Assembly: GCA_964527715.1 (NCBI GenBank)
Contig: CAZGOD010000005.1
Location: forward strand, 22,793-86,792
Length of the DNA: 64,000 bases
Direction of reading: 5' to 3'
Source of the DNA: an uncultured Thermoplasmatales archaeon
GTDB taxonomy: Archaea; Thermoplasmatota; E2; DHVEG-1
Part shown: piece after piece, positions 1 through 9,845 of the stretch
How positions within the stretch are numbered: the first letter of the stretch is position 1
How the letters are laid out: each line of letters begins with the position of its first letter
Notes under the pieces: model-generated
The model's database searches: none
What the model saw: the letters and a program-made list of their open reading frames with translations, nothing else
Told to the model about the DNA's origin: nothing
Program-made: the position numbers and the translations under genes

Positions 1-777
1 ATTGTTAGTCTGATATTGTTAGGGCTTGGTGTAACTAGTCCAGCGGGTATGGCTATTGCTATTTTCATATCTGCGGTTATCTGTATCGGTGGTTCGATCT
101 CTGGGGATCTCTTGCAGTCTATGGCCTGTGGTCAAATGCTTGGTGCTACACCTAAAAAGTTACAGATTTCAATGACCCTTGGAGTTCTTGCGGTATCTGG
201 TGTTGTAGGAATTGTTATAGGAGTTCTTCATAAAGCATTTGAAATTGGTAGTCGTGATCTCTCGGCGCCTCAGGCTTATCTTATGGCGGGTATTGTCAAG
301 GGTGTACTAGGGGGAGAGATGCTCTGGCCATATGTGTTTGTAGGAATGGTACTAGCTCTTGTCTTGATTCTTATTGATTTACCGGTTTTACCAGTTGCAA
401 TAGGGATCTATTTGCCTTTCACTTTGTCTATACCAATTTTTGCTGGTGGAGGTATACGGCATCTAACTGATAGATTCCTCAAAAAGAGGTATGGAAGTGC
501 GGAGGAGGAAGAGATCAGTGATTGGGAGCTTGCAATTAAACAAACTAATGTGAAACCAAAGGAGAAGGTGGTACGAAATGGTCTTTTATTTACAGCTGGT
601 CTTGTAACTGGAGAAGCCCTAATGGGTGTTATTATCGCTGTGATTGTTGTGATGAATATTAATCTTGAATTCTTCAAATATGCTCCTTGGTGGCCTGGTT
701 TATTAATTTGGTTGTTCATAGCTGTATTGTTAGCGTATATCCCAATTAGGGAAATTGTAAATAAAAAAACTCGCTAA
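1..777 (+). CDS. C-terminal fragment of a polytopic membrane transporter. The reading frame is open to the window start, so the gene begins upstream. Possibly OPT oligopeptide-transporter family.
   Basis: No stop between position 1 and the first listed codon. About 6 hydrophobic helices, Gly-rich membrane motifs, and a charged loop (EEEEISDWE). The family assignment is tentative. Confidence 0.45.
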   Translation: MVSLILLGLGVTSPAGMAIAIFISAVICIGGSISGDLLQSMACGQMLGATPKKLQISMTLGVLAVSGVVGIVIGVLHKAFEIGSRDLSAPQAYLMAGIVKGVLGGEMLWPYVFVGMVLALVLILIDLPVLPVAIGIYLPFTLSIPIFAGGGIRHLTDRFLKKRYGSAEEEEISDWELAIKQTNVKPKEKVVRNGLLFTAGLVTGEALMGVIIAVIVVMNINLEFFKYAPWWPGLLIWLFIAVLLAYIPIREIVNKKTR

Positions 778-832
778 TAACCTATTTTTATTTTTGATTT
801 AGATTTTTCCAAAATCTCTTTATATACAAAAT

Positions 833-1558
833 GTGATAGAATATACTGTGGTAAAAGAGATAGAAAACAAAGCTGACAAAGGGGAGGAAGATACTACTTC
901 TAATGTAAAGACTCATAACGAAATCCAGAAAATGATCAGGGATGTCGAGAAATTTGAAAAAAACTTCAAGGAATATGACGGAATAGAAATAGAAGAAGAT
1001 GATCCAGAAGATATTGAAATAGAGGATGTTGAACTATATCCTGTTGATACTGAATCGGAGGAACCAGAATTTACTAATCAAGATATTCCTGAACAAATTG
1101 TTGAACCGGATATATCTGAGGAAGAATATGATGAGTCAGATATTCAGCCTAGAGGGAGAATCACTGGGATTCAACAGTTAAAAGAATTCGCGGAATTAAC
1201 TGAGGCGGAACAACAGGAGGAATTACCTGAGCCAATAATAGAAACAGATGAACCGGATCAGGAAGTTGAATTACAGGAACCAGTTGAACTACCTGGGCCA
1301 GTTAGTGAAGTAGTGGGAGAAAAAGTACCACCTAAAAAAGATGTAACAAAAACTGAGCCTTCTAAGACTAAGCCTGCTTCTTCTGCTGTTTTTAATGTTG
1401 GTTTTGGTGATGATGGTAAACTTGTGAATCTTGATATGAAGAAACCAAAACCTAAAAAAACGAAGGAGAAATCAGAAACTGAGAGTAAATCTTCTAAGTT
1501 TAAGGGTGGATTAGGTAAACTTAAGAAAGCGATACCTTTCAGGGGAAAAGAAGAATAA
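833..1558 (+). CDS. Hypothetical, strongly acidic low-complexity protein (Glu/Asp/Pro-rich core) with a Lys-rich basic C-terminal tail. The start is uncertain: GTG at 833, with an alternative ATG downstream.
   Basis: 241-aa ORF with a biased composition (runs of E/D, PEP/EEP repeats, then KKPKPKKTKEK). A stem-loop plus T8 terminator-like element lies just downstream (1579..1611). No recognisable catalytic domain. Confidence 0.4.
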   Translation: MIEYTVVKEIENKADKGEEDTTSNVKTHNEIQKMIRDVEKFEKNFKEYDGIEIEEDDPEDIEIEDVELYPVDTESEEPEFTNQDIPEQIVEPDISEEEYDESDIQPRGRITGIQQLKEFAELTEAEQQEELPEPIIETDEPDQEVELQEPVELPGPVSEVVGEKVPPKKDVTKTEPSKTKPASSAVFNVGFGDDGKLVNLDMKKPKPKKTKEKSETESKSSKFKGGLGKLKKAIPFRGKEE

Positions 1559-1578
1559 AAAAGTAGGTGGTATTTTTA

Positions 1579-1611
1579 GGTGATGATAGGGGGTTCACCG
1601 TAATTTTTTTT
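1579..1611 (+). terminator. Stem-loop (GGTGA / TCACC) followed by a T8 run, downstream of the acidic-protein gene.
   Basis: Seen directly: ggtga-tgataggggg-ttcacc followed by gtaatttttttt. Confidence 0.4.
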
Positions 1612-1628
1612 GGCTTATAGATGCTTGT

Positions 1629-1742
1629 CTAATCTGTTTGGTTTGCTAGTTGTCTTATTCTGTTACTTACGATGAATATTTCCATTGTGGATTTTAGTTC
1701 GTTCAATTCTTGTTGGGTTCTTACCTCACTGACGATTTTCAT
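1629..1742 (-). CDS. Candidate 37-aa small ORF (MKIVSEVRTQQELNELKSTMEIFIVSNRIRQLANQTD) with a strong Shine-Dalgarno sequence.
   Basis: ATG preceded by AAGGTGGTGA at -8. Absent from the 60-aa ORF track. No homology recognised. Confidence 0.2.
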   Translation of the reverse strand: MKIVSEVRTQQELNELKSTMEIFIVSNRIRQLANQTD

Positions 1743-1883
1743 TTTTTTATTCACCACCTTTTCTAAGTTATACTCTGTAACTAATAGTATTTAAACATAT
1801 TGTGTAATTGTGTCGTGTATGTAATTATAACAAATAGGAGAAAACCATTAAATAAACCCTTATTATTCCCAAGGACAACAACT

Positions 1884-4706
1884 ATGAAACCAAAAAACTA
1901 CAACTACCAAGATATAGAAGAAAAATGGCAAAAACAATGGTTCGAAAAAAAAATCTACGAATCTAAAAAAGAAAACAAAAAAAAATTCTTCTTACACTTT
2001 GCTTACCCTGGGGTATCAGGATACCTACACGTAGGACATATGAGAGGGTTCACCTACTGTGACATAATCGCCAGATATAAACGAATGATAGGATACTCAG
2101 TACTATTCCCCGCAGGATTCCATGCCTCAGGAATACCCTCTGTTGGGTTTGCAAAAAAAGTAGAAAGAAAAGATCCAACAACTATCAAAAATCTAAAAGA
2201 ATACGGTGTTTCAGAAAGCTTAATTAAAAAACTAGTTAATCCTGAGGAAGTCGTACGATATTTTGGTGAGGTATATGTAGAAGATTACTGGAAAAAATTT
2301 GGTTTTCTTATAGATTACTCTAGGACAATGAGTACTATATCAGATGGTTATAAAAAATTCATTGAATGGCAGTTTAAAAAACTAAAACAACAGGATTTAC
2401 TCGTTCAAAAACCTCATTTTGCCCCGTTTTGTGCTAATTGTGGACCAGTTGCTGTTGACAAATCAGAGACAGATATCTCCAGGGGTGGATCAGCTGAGAT
2501 CCTTGAGTTTACAACTATTAAATTCATTATGGAAGATGATACAGTTTTACCAGCTGCAACACTTCGTCCTGAGACAATTTTTGGTGTTACTAATATGTGG
2601 GTAAACCCTGATGTTGAATATGTGAAAGCCAAAATAAACGGTGAAACATGGATACTCTCAAAAGAGGCATTTGATAAACTCACATATCAACTTGATAATG
2701 TTGAGCTTCTTAAAGAAACCATATCTGGTAAAGACCTTATTGGTAAAAAATGTAAGATACCACTAGGTGATAGATGGGTACCGATTCTATCTGGGACATT
2801 TGCAGACCCAGGTGTTGCCACCGGGATAGTTATGTCTGTCCCAGCTCATGCACCATATGACTGGATTGCATTAGTAGAATCAAAGGAGGATATTGCTCCT
2901 ATCACGATTATCGATGTTAAAGGATATGGAACCAACCCTGCTAAGGAAGCCTGCGATGAACTAGGTATTAAGAGTCAAACTGAAACAGAGAAACTTGACC
3001 TAGCAACAGAGGAAGTATACAAGAAAGAGTTTCACACAGGGTACCTCAATGAGAACTGTGGAATATACGCGGGTATCAGTATCTCTGATATAAAGGATGA
3101 AGTTAAAAACGAGCTTATAAACAAGGGGCAAGCTGTTGTAATGCGAGAGTTCTCAGAACAGGTAATATGTAGATGTGGTGGTAATGTTCTAATAAAACAA
3201 ATACCTGATCAATGGTTCATAAAATACAGCGATCAGGAGCTCACAGAGAAATCAAAAGACCATGTAGCTAACATGAATATTTACCCTGAGGACTATAAGA
3301 AAGAGATGCCAGGTGTCCTCGACTGGTTTGATGACCGAGCATGTATACGACAGGGTTCATGGCTTGGAACTGAGTTCCCATTTAAAAAAGACTGGATAAT
3401 AGAGCCAATATCTGATTCTACACTTTATCCAGCTTATTATATCATTTCAAAACATGTAAATGAAAATAAGATAAGACCCGGGGATATGACAGAGGAATTC
3501 TTCGACTACGTATTCCTGGGTAAAGGCAAACCCAAGAATCAGGTATGGAGTGAGATTAAATCTGATTTTGATTTTTGGTACCCAGTTGACATCAACCTAG
3601 GCGGTAAGGAACATAAAACTGTGCATTTCCCAGTGTTTTTAATGAACCATGTAGCTGTTATGCCCAGTGATAAGAGACCCGATGGTATCTTTGTTCACTG
3701 GTGGGTTACACAAAAAGGAAAAGAAAAAATCAGTAAATCCAAGGGTGGCGCTGAGCACATAAATGAAGCTGCAACCACTTATGGTGTTGACGCAATGCGT
3801 CTATACTATGCACATGTTGGTTCCCCCTTTGTAGATATAGAATGGGACCCTGAGATTGTCCTCAAATACAAGAACAAGGTTGCGAATATTTACAAATTAA
3901 TTAATCAGCTGGCAAATGTTAAAGAAAAAGAGGATAAAAATCTCGATAACTGGTTGAAAAGCAGTCTTAACCGTAGGATACAAAAAACCCTGGAGGCTTT
4001 TGAAAACTTTGATCTTCGTATCGCTTCTAATGAGATTTTCTTTGAATGTCAGAAAGATATACAATGGTACTTAAAACGAGGTGGTGGAAACAAGGAACTA
4101 CTTGAAAAATATGTTAACACTTGGACAAAACTTATGACACCAGTGACACCACACCTATCTGAGGAGCTATGGCATATCCGGGAAAAAACCCTTGTCTCAG
4201 ATGAAACCTATCCTAAGTTCAACTCTACGGATATATCTGAAAAAGACGAAGTTGGTGAATACCTTTTATCTAAGGTTGTTGAGGATATCCGTGAAATATT
4301 AAAAGTCACTAAGATTAAACCAAAAAAGATCTGTCTTTATACTTCACCAGTTTGGAAATGGGGTGTATTCAGAAAAGCAATAAAGCTTGAATCAGAAGGC
4401 AAACTAGATGTTGGAAGTATGATGAAAGATATCATGTCAGATCCTAATATGAAACCTATAGCTAAACAGGTTTCTCAATATGTTGGTAAACTACCTGGTG
4501 AGGTTAAAAGACTTAGTGATACTGATAAGAAACAATACTTGATTGATTTCAAAGAAAAAGAGTATCTAGTAAACGCTGAGGAATATCTTAAAAGTGTTTT
4601 TTCCTGTGAAATTGAGACTTATACTGTTGATGAAAAAAACCTTTATGACCCCACGAGTAAATCCAAGTTTGCTATTCCACTACGACCAGCTATTTACGTG
4701 GAGTAA
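1884..4706 (+). CDS. leuS: Leucyl-tRNA synthetase, archaeal/eukaryal type.
   Basis: HIGH-class motif HVGHMRG near the N-terminus, KMSKS motif KISKSKG, an archaeal-type editing domain, and about 940 aa in length. The likely start is MKPKNY at 1884 rather than the upstream in-frame Met. Confidence 0.9.
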   Translation: MKPKNYNYQDIEEKWQKQWFEKKIYESKKENKKKFFLHFAYPGVSGYLHVGHMRGFTYCDIIARYKRMIGYSVLFPAGFHASGIPSVGFAKKVERKDPTTIKNLKEYGVSESLIKKLVNPEEVVRYFGEVYVEDYWKKFGFLIDYSRTMSTISDGYKKFIEWQFKKLKQQDLLVQKPHFAPFCANCGPVAVDKSETDISRGGSAEILEFTTIKFIMEDDTVLPAATLRPETIFGVTNMWVNPDVEYVKAKINGETWILSKEAFDKLTYQLDNVELLKETISGKDLIGKKCKIPLGDRWVPILSGTFADPGVATGIVMSVPAHAPYDWIALVESKEDIAPITIIDVKGYGTNPAKEACDELGIKSQTETEKLDLATEEVYKKEFHTGYLNENCGIYAGISISDIKDEVKNELINKGQAVVMREFSEQVICRCGGNVLIKQIPDQWFIKYSDQELTEKSKDHVANMNIYPEDYKKEMPGVLDWFDDRACIRQGSWLGTEFPFKKDWIIEPISDSTLYPAYYIISKHVNENKIRPGDMTEEFFDYVFLGKGKPKNQVWSEIKSDFDFWYPVDINLGGKEHKTVHFPVFLMNHVAVMPSDKRPDGIFVHWWVTQKGKEKISKSKGGAEHINEAATTYGVDAMRLYYAHVGSPFVDIEWDPEIVLKYKNKVANIYKLINQLANVKEKEDKNLDNWLKSSLNRRIQKTLEAFENFDLRIASNEIFFECQKDIQWYLKRGGGNKELLEKYVNTWTKLMTPVTPHLSEELWHIREKTLVSDETYPKFNSTDISEKDEVGEYLLSKVVEDIREILKVTKIKPKKICLYTSPVWKWGVFRKAIKLESEGKLDVGSMMKDIMSDPNMKPIAKQVSQYVGKLPGEVKRLSDTDKKQYLIDFKEKEYLVNAEEYLKSVFSCEIETYTVDEKNLYDPTSKSKFAIPLRPAIYVE

Positions 4707-4709
4707 AAA

Positions 4710-5405
4710 ATGCAAGATGAACTTGTGAAAACTTCTCAGGAAACATGGGATGCTATTGCTAAGAGTTTTGATATTACAAGGCGTAAACCATGGAAACAAG
4801 TCATTGATTTCGTAGAGAAACTACCTGAGCCTAGTGTCGTCGCTGATGTTGGCTGTGGAAATGGTAGACACTTTATACCCTGTGCTCAGCATTGTAAAAA
4901 AGTCATAGGTCTAGATATTTCTCAGGAGCTTCTAAATATCGTTCAGAAAAAACTAGATGAAAATAATCTTAGGAATGTTAATCTTGTTCACTCTGACATA
5001 GTAAACATGCCACTTGAGAACTATAGTGTAGATTATGTGCTTTTCATTGCATCACTTCACAATATTAAAGGTAGAGATAGACGTATACAGGCTCTTAGGG
5101 AAGTAAAGCGTATATTGAAAAAAGATGGAGAGGCATTGATAAGTGTCTGGTCACGCTGGCAGGATAAATATAGGAAACAATTCCTGAGGAAATGGTTTAC
5201 TCAAACTGGTGAAGAAGAATTTGGAGATATTGACATTTACTGGAAACAGCATGGTCTTAATATTCCACGTTTTTATCATTTGTATAGTAAAAGGGAATTC
5301 ACTAGTGATCTTCAGAACGCTGGGTTTAAAATAATAGATTTACAAGAGGTTAAATTACATTCAACAAAGCATCCTGATAATTATTTTGCAATTGTTACTA
5401 AATAA
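4710..5405 (+). CDS. Class I SAM-dependent methyltransferase. It starts 3 nt after the leuS stop, so it is probably co-transcribed. Possibly a Trm9-like tRNA methyltransferase.
   Basis: Motif I VADVGCGNGRH, an acidic residue at the end of beta-2 (IGLDIS), and about 230 aa. The functional subclass is inferred only from the coupling to leuS. Confidence 0.7.
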   Translation: MQDELVKTSQETWDAIAKSFDITRRKPWKQVIDFVEKLPEPSVVADVGCGNGRHFIPCAQHCKKVIGLDISQELLNIVQKKLDENNLRNVNLVHSDIVNMPLENYSVDYVLFIASLHNIKGRDRRIQALREVKRILKKDGEALISVWSRWQDKYRKQFLRKWFTQTGEEEFGDIDIYWKQHGLNIPRFYHLYSKREFTSDLQNAGFKIIDLQEVKLHSTKHPDNYFAIVTK

Positions 5406-5410
5406 AGATT

Positions 5411-5454
5411 GTGTGATAGGGTTTTATAAAAACAAAAAAACAAAACTATTTTTT
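5411..5454. repeat. Copy of a recurring intergenic element, GTGTG(G)GGTTTTATAAAAACAAAAAAACAAA(A)CTATTT. Probable bidirectional oligo-T terminator between convergent genes.
   Basis: About 31/32 nt identical to 55360..55392. Related shorter copies are at 17507..17537, 22081..22122 (reverse complement), 29590..29633 (reverse complement) and 49761..49790. Confidence 0.5.
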
Positions 5455-5549
5455 CTTATGTTTTAGAGCTCTATAAAGAAAATATATTAAGCCACCATAA
5501 AGTACAACTGACCCAAATATTAGCATTGCTATCGCAGATAATGGTAAAG

Positions 5550-7034
5550 TCATAATTCTTTTTCCCCTTTAACTTTCATAAAGACAAATGATAAGACAAA
5601 TGCAGCAATTGCTAAGCATACACCTCCTATCATTAGTGCAAATGTTGAATAATTTTCATATCTCCCTGTGATATTTTCATAAATAACCATTAAAAACAGA
5701 CTGATCAGGATTATTGGATTTACATATTTAATAAGTATTTCCCACCAACGTCCTATTTTTATTTCCGATGTATCATTTGCATGCTTCCTCAATCTTCTAA
5801 TATTAAACATGTATCCTACTACGATACATTCAAAGAGAGCAATTAACGCAAGTCCAAAATTAGCAATGAAATAATCTGTAATTGATAACCAATGAAGACC
5901 ACTACCGGTAGTATATATTAGTCCTGCTAAGAAACCTATAAGGCAAACAATTGCTGTAACTTTTTGTTTACTAATTTTCCATTTATCAGTTATACCAACA
6001 GGTAGAGGTTCAACCATTGAAAACGCGCTATCTATTCCAAATGTTAATAGAGCAATGAAAAATATTATTCCAAAGAACGCTGCTGCAAATGGTAAAAGTG
6101 TTACAGCAGTTGGATATGCAATAAATGCTAACTCCGGACCAACTTTTGCAACTTCAGTTACACCCACCCCAGTTGAATAAGCAAGATATCCAATTACGCT
6201 GAAAACTGCAAATCCTGCAAAAAAACTAGTACCAGCATCAGCTAAACAGGTTATTATTGCATTGTTGTTAATATCAGATTTTTTTGGTAAGAAACTTGCA
6301 TAAGTAATCATTATTCCTCCAGCAAGACTAAATGACCATAAAACCTGTGAATATGCTGCTAGCCATATTTCAGCATTCCATAGTTTTGAAAAATCAGGAG
6401 TAAGATAATAACTAACTCCTTCTATAGCTCCAGGGAGAGTTAACCCTCTAATTGCTAAAATAACAAGTAGTATTGTTGGTAATGGAACAGTTATTAAAAC
6501 TACTTTTCCAATATTTTTAACACCTTTTCGAATTATTAAATAGATTAACAGCCAAATACAAAGTAATCCTAAAACAACTGGTAATCTTATTGACCCAAGA
6601 ATCTCTGGGGCATTTGTTAAACCTAAGAAATCACTGATAAAAAAACCTTCAGAATTTGATCCCCAACGTAAATCAAGAGAATAAATCATATAATTAAAGC
6701 ACCATGCCATTATGACAGAGTAATAAATAACTGTAATAAACTCGACAAGTAGGGGCCACCATCCAAGCCATTCCCATTTACGACCAATTTTAGCAAAAGT
6801 CTTAGGAGCTCCACCCTGGGACCAATGTCCTAATGTAAATTCAAGGATCATTAAGGGAATTCCGAGTGTAAAAATTGCTATAAAGAAAGGAATTAAAAAG
6901 GCGCCTCCACCATGTTTGTAGCACATATAAGGAAAACGCCATATATTTCCAAGTCCTACAGCTGAACCAACTGCTGCCATTATAAAGGCAAATCTTGAAT
7001 TCCAGTGTTCTCTTTTTTCCGAAATCAGGATCAC
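5550..7034 (-). CDS. Sodium-dependent transporter of the neurotransmitter:sodium symporter (NSS/SNF, LeuT-like) family.
   Basis: N-terminal signature W.SR.AFIMAAVGSAVGLGNIWRFPY, 12 predicted TM helices, 494 aa. Confidence 0.9.
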   Translation of the reverse strand: MILISEKREHWNSRFAFIMAAVGSAVGLGNIWRFPYMCYKHGGGAFLIPFFIAIFTLGIPLMILEFTLGHWSQGGAPKTFAKIGRKWEWLGWWPLLVEFITVIYYSVIMAWCFNYMIYSLDLRWGSNSEGFFISDFLGLTNAPEILGSIRLPVVLGLLCIWLLIYLIIRKGVKNIGKVVLITVPLPTILLVILAIRGLTLPGAIEGVSYYLTPDFSKLWNAEIWLAAYSQVLWSFSLAGGIMITYASFLPKKSDINNNAIITCLADAGTSFFAGFAVFSVIGYLAYSTGVGVTEVAKVGPELAFIAYPTAVTLLPFAAAFFGIIFFIALLTFGIDSAFSMVEPLPVGITDKWKISKQKVTAIVCLIGFLAGLIYTTGSGLHWLSITDYFIANFGLALIALFECIVVGYMFNIRRLRKHANDTSEIKIGRWWEILIKYVNPIILISLFLMVIYENITGRYENYSTFALMIGGVCLAIAAFVLSFVFMKVKGEKEL

Positions 7035-7040
7035 CTTTTT

Positions 7041-9845
7041 TTATCCCAGGTTACATGGTTCATATGGGTTAAACGCTGGGTCACCATACAGACAATACTC
7101 TTGGTAACAAACATATTTATTTTCGATAGCTGTTGTCTTTGTCTCTTGATTATTGAATAGACCAAGAGGAGGTGTCCAGTACATCGAATATTCTGCATCC
7201 TCTGGTAGATACCTATTTCTAGCATTTCGTAAAGCTAAACCTACACTGACATCTTTTTCTTTTAGTTCTTGCAACATATTTTCGTACATTTTTTCTCCAA
7301 AATGTGTTTCTGGATAAATACCATTCCTTGCTTTAAGTGAAGTCGAAATAAACCCAGGAATGGTACCAAGTGCCGTCGAACTCGGTCGATATGGTTCAAG
7401 GTATCCACCTGCAACATTCGTTGGCGTAGGTGAAACTATGATTGCATTCATACCAGCATGTAGAAAAGCCTGGCTAATACATGTTCCAGGATGTCTTCCT
7501 TCAATTGCACCAACGAGGCAGCTTTCGAAAAACTTGAATGAGGGCCCAAAATTCATGTTTTCTACACCTCTAACATAGTAATCTCCAAGAGCTCCTAAGG
7601 ATGAACCAGGGCCAAATGGTTTACCGACACGAGCAATTATTTGCAGTAATATTGGTAGAACTACATAACCTAAACCTATACCTGATAAGGCAACATTTCC
7701 AATACCATATCCGGGTTTATCACCGTGACCATTGATAAAAATGAAATTACTATTTTCCTGATCTTCGCCTCCAGTAACCCGGTCTTCTCCGAGGGATAAT
7801 TTTAACTGAAGCTTTGATAACAATAGACGGTTTAACAAGTTAGCTTTCTTTAATAGACTAATGGCCTGGTTACTAAGACCCTTTCGTGATGCTTTGAAAT
7901 AGGTATCTCTAGTTGTTTTAAAGCCCATTGGCTCTAATGAAGTTTTTTGTATTCCATCAGCAACATATTTACTAAATCCTGTTGGCCATTTCATTGGTTC
8001 ATTATAATCTTCAGCAACATGGTCTGTACTACCTAAGTTAGTTGCTAGTGCATAGAGGATAACAGGTGTTGCAAACTCCACACCGCATCCTGTTTGAACC
8101 GTTGCTCTGTCCTTCCAATCACCTAGACCATCAATGATTCTATCATAGAATATTGTTCTTGTAACCAACGCGCTAGCATCTTGCATATCCCAACCAGTAA
8201 TCCTACCAACAATGTTCTCCTGAGTAGGATACTCTGAATAAACGTCATTTTGCACATTCTCCCAGCCAGGAATTGGATCAATATTTCCATAGAGTACATC
8301 AGTTGATGTGCCGCCATATCCGACGGTCGCTTTATATATATACTGCGGTAGAACAGTTGCACCGCCTACTAAAGCAATATAAACTGGATTCTCTAAATAA
8401 TAGTCTCTTAAATCCTTAACATCTCTAGGATCGTTAACTCGGATATTAGCAAGCTTAGCAAGTAACTTATTCAACGGCAAATGGATGTTATTATAGATAT
8501 GATCATTAGAAGCTCCTCTTAACTCTTCGTTACTTCTTGGCATGTAGTGTCCTGGGCAGGTCTCTACCTTTTCAGTTAATACATTATCATTGGCAACAAA
8601 GGCAAATTCGGGCTTACCAAAAATAATACCTCTATGATAAGCCGTCAAATAAGGGGCAATAGAAGAAAGCCCCTTCATCATAGGATAAAGGGGATCACTG
8701 AGCTTTTCAATAGTAACAGTGGCCTTAACCTCACCCTGCTTTTTAACAATCCAGTGGGGAGATGCAGTTACAGTATATTCAGTTCCACCCATGTCGTAGA
8801 GAACTGCCTCAGCATAATATTTATCGACAATCGTGTTACCCTTTGAGTCATATATTGATGGAGAGGTAGTAGTAGAACCACTTAGTAGTCCTTTAACTTT
8901 GAAACCTACATGATCACCTAAAAGGTCTACATGTTCAGGGTTAAGATTAACACCTTCGAACTTGACCAAAGCATACTTATAGTCTTTCGGAATGGTAAAC
9001 TTACCAAGTTCAAAATCGAGGTTTCCATTATTTTGTATTGCCGTTTTTAAAAGTGCGACAAGCTGTATTGAAGATACAGTCTTCAATTTAACAGGGCCAA
9101 AAGTCTCTGTCATACTATCTAAAATATCAGGTTCTCTTACATCAATTGGATTAGTCAGAGTAATATAATTAACATTGCCAAACTTTTCCCTGACTAGATC
9201 AATAGATGCATTAACAATGTCGTTAACATTATCAAATCTTAAAACTTCACCGAAACCTTCGATATCACCACAAACAATCGACTTCTCAACACCAAGATTC
9301 TCAAGAACTTTTTTAACATCGTCATCCAACTCATCAACAACAATGAGAGGTATACTAAGATACGATGCTAAAGGAGCAGCAAGCACTCCAAGGTTATAAC
9401 CAGATTGATTATTCTGGATAATAAGTGCTGCATCGCTGCTCTTCCAATAGCTCTCTGCAATGTCAAGGGAGAGATCCTTTAGAGATCTAGAATCACCAAC
9501 TGCTAGATCTGGAGTTATTCCAATCATATCCTTAGCCCTTATAACAGCACGAGAGGGGTTAATATAATCTTCAATGTAAAGAGGTATAACTCCTGGCTCT
9601 TTATTTTGGTTATAATGAACTGCTAGTGGTGTGACAATAAGTGCAAAGAAAGGATTACTATCTGAAACAGATATTCCACTAGGTAAACTAGAAAAACTGC
9701 CTGAAACATCATAAAAATCCTTTACAGTGATAGATTCACTTATGTTCTCTTCAAATGGATTCCAGACATGTATGCCAATGGATGCTATGATTAATACCAG
9801 CACTCCGCATATAGCGATTAATTTATCTTTCGCTTTTTCTTGCAT
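7041..9845 (-). CDS. Large membrane-anchored extracytoplasmic protein. Putative clan CD (caspase/gingipain-like, C25/C11-type) cysteine peptidase.
   Basis: N-terminal signal anchor. A hydrophobic strand + His-Gly block (FIFINGHGD) and a downstream hydrophobic strand + Ser-Cys block (FKFFESCLVGA), as in clan CD His/Cys dyads. The spacing between the two is longer than in gingipains, so the family call is tentative. Confidence 0.35.
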   Translation of the reverse strand: MQEKAKDKLIAICGVLVLIIASIGIHVWNPFEENISESITVKDFYDVSGSFSSLPSGISVSDSNPFFALIVTPLAVHYNQNKEPGVIPLYIEDYINPSRAVIRAKDMIGITPDLAVGDSRSLKDLSLDIAESYWKSSDAALIIQNNQSGYNLGVLAAPLASYLSIPLIVVDELDDDVKKVLENLGVEKSIVCGDIEGFGEVLRFDNVNDIVNASIDLVREKFGNVNYITLTNPIDVREPDILDSMTETFGPVKLKTVSSIQLVALLKTAIQNNGNLDFELGKFTIPKDYKYALVKFEGVNLNPEHVDLLGDHVGFKVKGLLSGSTTTSPSIYDSKGNTIVDKYYAEAVLYDMGGTEYTVTASPHWIVKKQGEVKATVTIEKLSDPLYPMMKGLSSIAPYLTAYHRGIIFGKPEFAFVANDNVLTEKVETCPGHYMPRSNEELRGASNDHIYNNIHLPLNKLLAKLANIRVNDPRDVKDLRDYYLENPVYIALVGGATVLPQYIYKATVGYGGTSTDVLYGNIDPIPGWENVQNDVYSEYPTQENIVGRITGWDMQDASALVTRTIFYDRIIDGLGDWKDRATVQTGCGVEFATPVILYALATNLGSTDHVAEDYNEPMKWPTGFSKYVADGIQKTSLEPMGFKTTRDTYFKASRKGLSNQAISLLKKANLLNRLLLSKLQLKLSLGEDRVTGGEDQENSNFIFINGHGDKPGYGIGNVALSGIGLGYVVLPILLQIIARVGKPFGPGSSLGALGDYYVRGVENMNFGPSFKFFESCLVGAIEGRHPGTCISQAFLHAGMNAIIVSPTPTNVAGGYLEPYRPSSTALGTIPGFISTSLKARNGIYPETHFGEKMYENMLQELKEKDVSVGLALRNARNRYLPEDAEYSMYWTPPLGLFNNQETKTTAIENKYVCYQEYCLYGDPAFNPYEPCNLG

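Noticed and set aside
2414-2683. ORFs of 89 and 61 aa inside leuS, on both strands.
   Set aside because: They are embedded in a confidently identified conserved gene and are frame-shadow artefacts. The same applies to the internal ORFs inside atpB, atpA, atpK/I, the 1066-aa protein, the HK, infB and MATE that the track lists.
7031-7225. 64-aa minus-strand ORF overlapping the start of the NSS gene and the end of the peptidase gene.
   Set aside because: It lies entirely within, or antisense to, better-supported genes. It has no RBS or promoter logic and its composition is not protein-like.
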